Of a stretch of 64,000 nucleotides of DNA, positions 60,100-64,000 are shown piece by piece. Source of the DNA: the human T2T-CHM13v2.0 reference genome, Homo sapiens. Each line of letters opens with the position of its first letter. The stretch's first letter is position 1. The notes under the pieces were generated by a model that had not been told where the DNA came from, did not search any database, and was given only the letters and a program-made list of their open reading frames with translations. Made by a program: the position numbers and the translations under genes. The stretch lies in assembly GCF_009914755.1 (NCBI RefSeq), contig NC_060925.1, one strand, 5' to 3'.

Positions 60100-62283
60100 T
60101 GATATGATTTGGCTGTGTTCTCACCCAAATCTCATCTTGAATTATAGTTCCCATAAACCCCACATGTCGTGGGAGGGACCAGGTGGGAGGTAATTTAATC
60201 ATGGGGGTGGTTACCCACATACTGTTCTCATAATAGTGAATTAGTTCTCACAATATCCGATGATTTCATAAGGGGCTTTCTCTACTTTTACTTGGCACTT
60301 CTTCCTGAAGTGAAGAAGGACATGTTTGCTTCCCCTTTTGCCATAATTGTAAGTTTCCTGAGGCCGCCCCAGCCATGCTGAACTGTGAGTCAATTATACC
60401 TCTTTCCTTTATAAATCACCCATTCTTGGGTATGTCTTTACTAGCAGGGTGAGAACAGACTAATACAGTAAATTTTTACCACAGGCTGTAAAGATACCTG
60501 AAAATGTGGACGTCAGGTTGGAACTGGGTAACGGGCAGAGATTGGAACCACTTGGAAAGCTTAGAAGAAGACAGGAAAATGTGGGAACGTTTGGAACTTC
60601 CTAGAGACTTGGAGTACTCAGAAGACAAGAAGATGTGGGAAAGTTTGGAACTTCCTACAGAATTGGAGGGCTCAGAACACAGGAAGATGGAGAAATTTGG
60701 AACTTCCTAGAGACTTGGAGGGCTCAGAGGACAGGATCATGGGGAAATTTGGAACTTCCTAGGGACTTGAAGGGCTCAGAAGAGAGGAACATGGGGAAAT
60801 TTTGAACTTTAGCCTAGAGACTTGGAGGGCTTAGAAGACAGGAACATGGGGAAATTTGGAACTTCCTAGGGGCTTGGAGGGTTCAGAGGATAGGAAGATG
60901 TGGGAAAGTTTGGAACTTCCTAGAGTCTTGGTAAATGACTTTGAGCACAATGCTGATAGTGATATGGATGGCAAAGTCCAGGCTGAGGTGGCCTCAGATG
61001 GAGATGAGGAACTTTATGGGAATTAGAGTAAAGTCTCTTTGCTATTCAAAGAGACTGACAACGTTTTTTCACTGCCCTAGAGAGATGTGAAACTTTGAAC
61101 TTCAGAGAGATGATTTAGGGTATCTGGTGGAAGAAACTTCAAAGTGGCAAAGTGATCAAGAGAAAGCAGAGCATAATAGTTTGGAAAAATTGCAGCCTGA
61201 TAATGTGATAGAAAATAAAACCCCATTTTCTGGGGATAAATTCAAGCCTGATTAAGAAATTTAGTAACAAGGGGCCAAATGTTAATCACCAAGGCAATAG
61301 GGAAAATATCTCCAGGGCATGTCAGAGACCTTCACAGAAGCTCCATCTCTCACACGTCTGGAGACCTAGAAGAAAAAAAATGATTCCCTGAGCACACTCA
61401 GTGTTCCCTTGCTCTGTGCAGCCCTGGGACATGGTGCCCTGAGTCCCAGCTGGTCTAGCCCTGGCCATGGCTAAAGAAGGATAATGTACAGCTCAGGCCA
61501 TTGCTTCAGATTGGTGCAAGCCCCAAGTCTTGGTGGCATACACGTGGTGTTGAGCCTGTTGGTGAGAAGAAATCAACAATTAAGGCTTAGAAATCTCTGC
61601 CTAATTTCAGAGGATGTATGGAAATGCCTGGATATCCAGGCAGAAGTTTGCTGCAGGGGCGGAGCCCTCAGGGAAAAACCTCTGCTAGGACAGTGCAGAA
61701 GGGAAATGTGGAGACGGAGCCATCACACAGAGTCTCCCATGCGGCCTGCCTGGGGGAGCTGTGAGAAGAGGGTCACTGTCCTCCAGACTCCAGAATGGTA
61801 GATCCATGAACAGCTTGTGCCGTGCTCCTGGAAAAGCCACAGACACTCAACATCAGTCCATGAAAGCAGCCAGGAGGGGAGCTGTACCCTGCAAAGCCAC
61901 AGTGGAAGAGCTGCCCAGGGCCATGCAAATCACCTCTTGCATCAGTGCACCTTGCAAGAGATACATGAAAAGTCATAATTTTGGAACATTAAGCTTTAAT
62001 GACTGTGGATTTTGGACTTGCATAGAGCCTGTAGCTCCTTTGTTTTGGCCAATTTATCTCCTCTGGAATGAGTGTTTTTACCCAATGCCTGTACCTCCAT
62101 TGTATCTAGGAAGTAACTAGTATGCTTTTGACTTTACAGGGTCATAGACGAAAGGGACTTGCCCTTGCTCAGATGAGACTTTCGATTTGGACTTTTGACT
62201 TAACGCTAGAATGAAATAATATTTTAGAGGACTATTAAAAGGGCATGATTACTGTTTTGAATTATGAGAACATGAGATTTTGG
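60100..62283 (+). mobile_element. THE1C/D-type element: 5' LTR 60100-60467 plus internal region, cut just before the PPT by an L1
   Basis: LTR 'tgatatgatttggctgtg...gactaataca'. THE1-int runs to 'gaacatgagatttt', then L1 sequence follows. Confidence 0.92.
60551..60926 (+). repeat. 7 tandem copies of a 52-57-bp unit inside THE1-int
   Basis: Unit cttggagggctcagaagacaggaagatg(t)gggaaa(g)tttggaacttcctagaga, counted by eye. Confidence 0.92.
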
Positions 62284-63935
62284 AGCCTTAGGGTTTTCTA
62301 AGTGTAGAATCATATTGTCAGAAAACAGAGGTAGTTTGAGTTCATCTTTTTTTATTTGGATGCCTTTTATTTTTTCTCTTGTATGATTATTCTAGCTAGG
62401 ACTTCCAGTACTATGTTAAAATAGGAGTTTTTACTCCTTACCTGATTCAGTTCTCAGGGGAAATTGTTTCAACTTTTGTCCGTTCAGTATGATGTTGGCT
62501 ATAAGTTTGTCATAGATGGCTGTAATTATTCTGAAGTAATTTCCTTCAATGCTTGGTCTGTTGATGGTGTTTATCATGAAGAGATGCTAGATTTTTATCA
62601 AAAGTTTTTCTGCATCCATTGAGATGATGGTATGTTTTTGGTTTCTAATTTTGTTTTGGGGTGAATTTTGTTTTTGGGGTTTTGGTTATTCACCTCGTAA
62701 CTATGTTGAGTCAACCTTATATTTTAGGAATAAAGTTTACTTGATCATGTGGAAATAACTTTTTGATGTGCTGCTGTATTCTAATTGCGTATATTTTGTT
62801 GGGGATTTTTGGGTCTATGTTTATTCAGGATATTGACCTGATGTTTTCTTTCTTCATTGTATCTTTGCCAGATCTTGGTGTTAGGCTCATGTTGGCTTCA
62901 AAGAATGATATGGGAAGAAGATACTATTCCATGATTTTTTTGGAATATTTTCAGTAGTATTCACACCAGTTATTCTTTCTATGTATGGTAGAATTTATCC
63001 ATGTATCTGTCTGGCCCAGGGTTTTTTTTTTTTCCTTTTGTGGGGGAGGGTTGGTAGGGTTTTTGTTTTGTTTCTGCTACTGATTCAATTTCAGAGTTTT
63101 TGTCTATTCAGGTTTTCGGCATCTTCTTGATTCAATCTTGAGGAACTGTGTGTTGCCAGAAATGTATCCCTTTCCTCTAGATTTTCTAATTTGTGTGCAT
63201 AGAGTTGTTCATAGTATTCTCTGGGGATTTTTTATATTTCTATAGCATCAGTTGTAGTGTCTTCTTTGTCGTTTCTGATTGCACTTATTTCAACATATGC
63301 TTTTTACCTACGTTAACCTAGCTAGTTGTCTATCAATGTGATTTATTTTTTCAAAGAACAAATTCTTAATTTTATCAAACTTTTGTAGAGATTTTTATAT
63401 TTTAATTTAATCAAATTCTTCTCTGATTTGTTTCTTTTCTTCTGCTAGTTAGGGTGTCGGTTTGTTCATTCTTTTTTTCTAGTTTTTTTAGGTGCAAAGT
63501 TAGATTATCAGTTTAGATCTTTCTAACTTCTTGATGAAGGTCTTTTAAGGCTATAAACTTTCCTCTTAACACTGCTTTGTTTGCATCCCAAAGATTTTGG
63601 TAATTTCTGTCCCTAATTTTATTAGTTTAAAATTGTTTATTAATCCTTTATTTCAATGTTCACTCAGGAGTTATTGAAGAGAAAGTTGTTTAATTTCCAT
63701 GTATGTGTGTACTTTTGAGAGATGTTCTTGATATTGGCTTTCATTTTTATTGCACTGTGGTCCAAGAGTCTACTTGGTATAACTTCATTTTTTAAAAATT
63801 TATTGAGATTTGTATTAGGACCTAGAATGTGATAAACCTTAAAATGTGTTCTATGTGCAGATAAAAAGTAGGTCCAATTGGTCAGGTGTCAAAATTAAGT
63901 CCAGAGTGTCCTTGTTAGTTTAGTGCATTGATGAT
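62281..63935 (-). mobile_element. L1 (old L1PA/L1PB-type) ORF2 segment, probably the inverted 5' part of a + strand L1
   Basis: Antisense ORF2 ('ggacttccagtactatgtt', 'tgcactgtggtccaagag'). At ~63938 it flips to sense ORF2 'aattaccaatg..ttcacagaattggaaaa'. Confidence 0.85.
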
Positions 63936-63937
63936 AT

Positions 63938-64000
63938 AATTACCAATGTTATTTTTCACAGAATTGGAAAAACCTTTTATAAAATACATATGAAATCAAA
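63938..64000 (+). mobile_element. Start of the non-inverted L1 ORF2 segment (continues beyond the window)
   Basis: Matches the sense ORF2 'LPM.FFTELEK' region. Confidence 0.7.

Noticed and set aside
60551-60926. CRISPR-like periodic array
   Set aside because: Contiguous tandem units with no unique spacers, inside THE1-int in a primate genome, with no cas genes.

Overview
AT-rich, repeat-dense primate genomic DNA (human or great ape, judged from AluY and L1PA2/3-type copies). It looks like a gene desert or deep intron. No protein-coding gene, RNA gene or CRISPR array is supported. Nearly all ORFs in the track are L1 ORF1/ORF2 remnants, Alu/THE1 translations or microsatellite artefacts. The centre (14.9-30.9 kb) is a four-level nest of L1s (L1MB > near full-length L1PB > 5'-inverted L1PA5/6-type > 5'-inverted L1PA2/3-type). 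That nest carries several DNA-repair scars: a 319-bp 100%-identical tract shared by two L1s of different age (gene conversion), a ~198-bp locally templated insertion inside a TA-rich microsatellite, and a ~127-bp tandem duplication with a hairpin junction. Elsewhere are three THE1 (MaLR) proviruses, solo LTRs with target-site duplications (MER41, MER61, LTR47, LTR12), an MLT2A LTR, a MER20, a 650-bp almost pure A/T tract and a three-block purine-pyrimidine minisatellite. DUX4-type motifs survive in the 5' LTRs of all three THE1s and in MLT2A. A speculative + strand non-coding exon chain lies downstream of MLT2A. Subfamily names come from recalled consensus sequences and need RepeatMasker/Dfam confirmation. 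I found no evidence of a new protein-based system.
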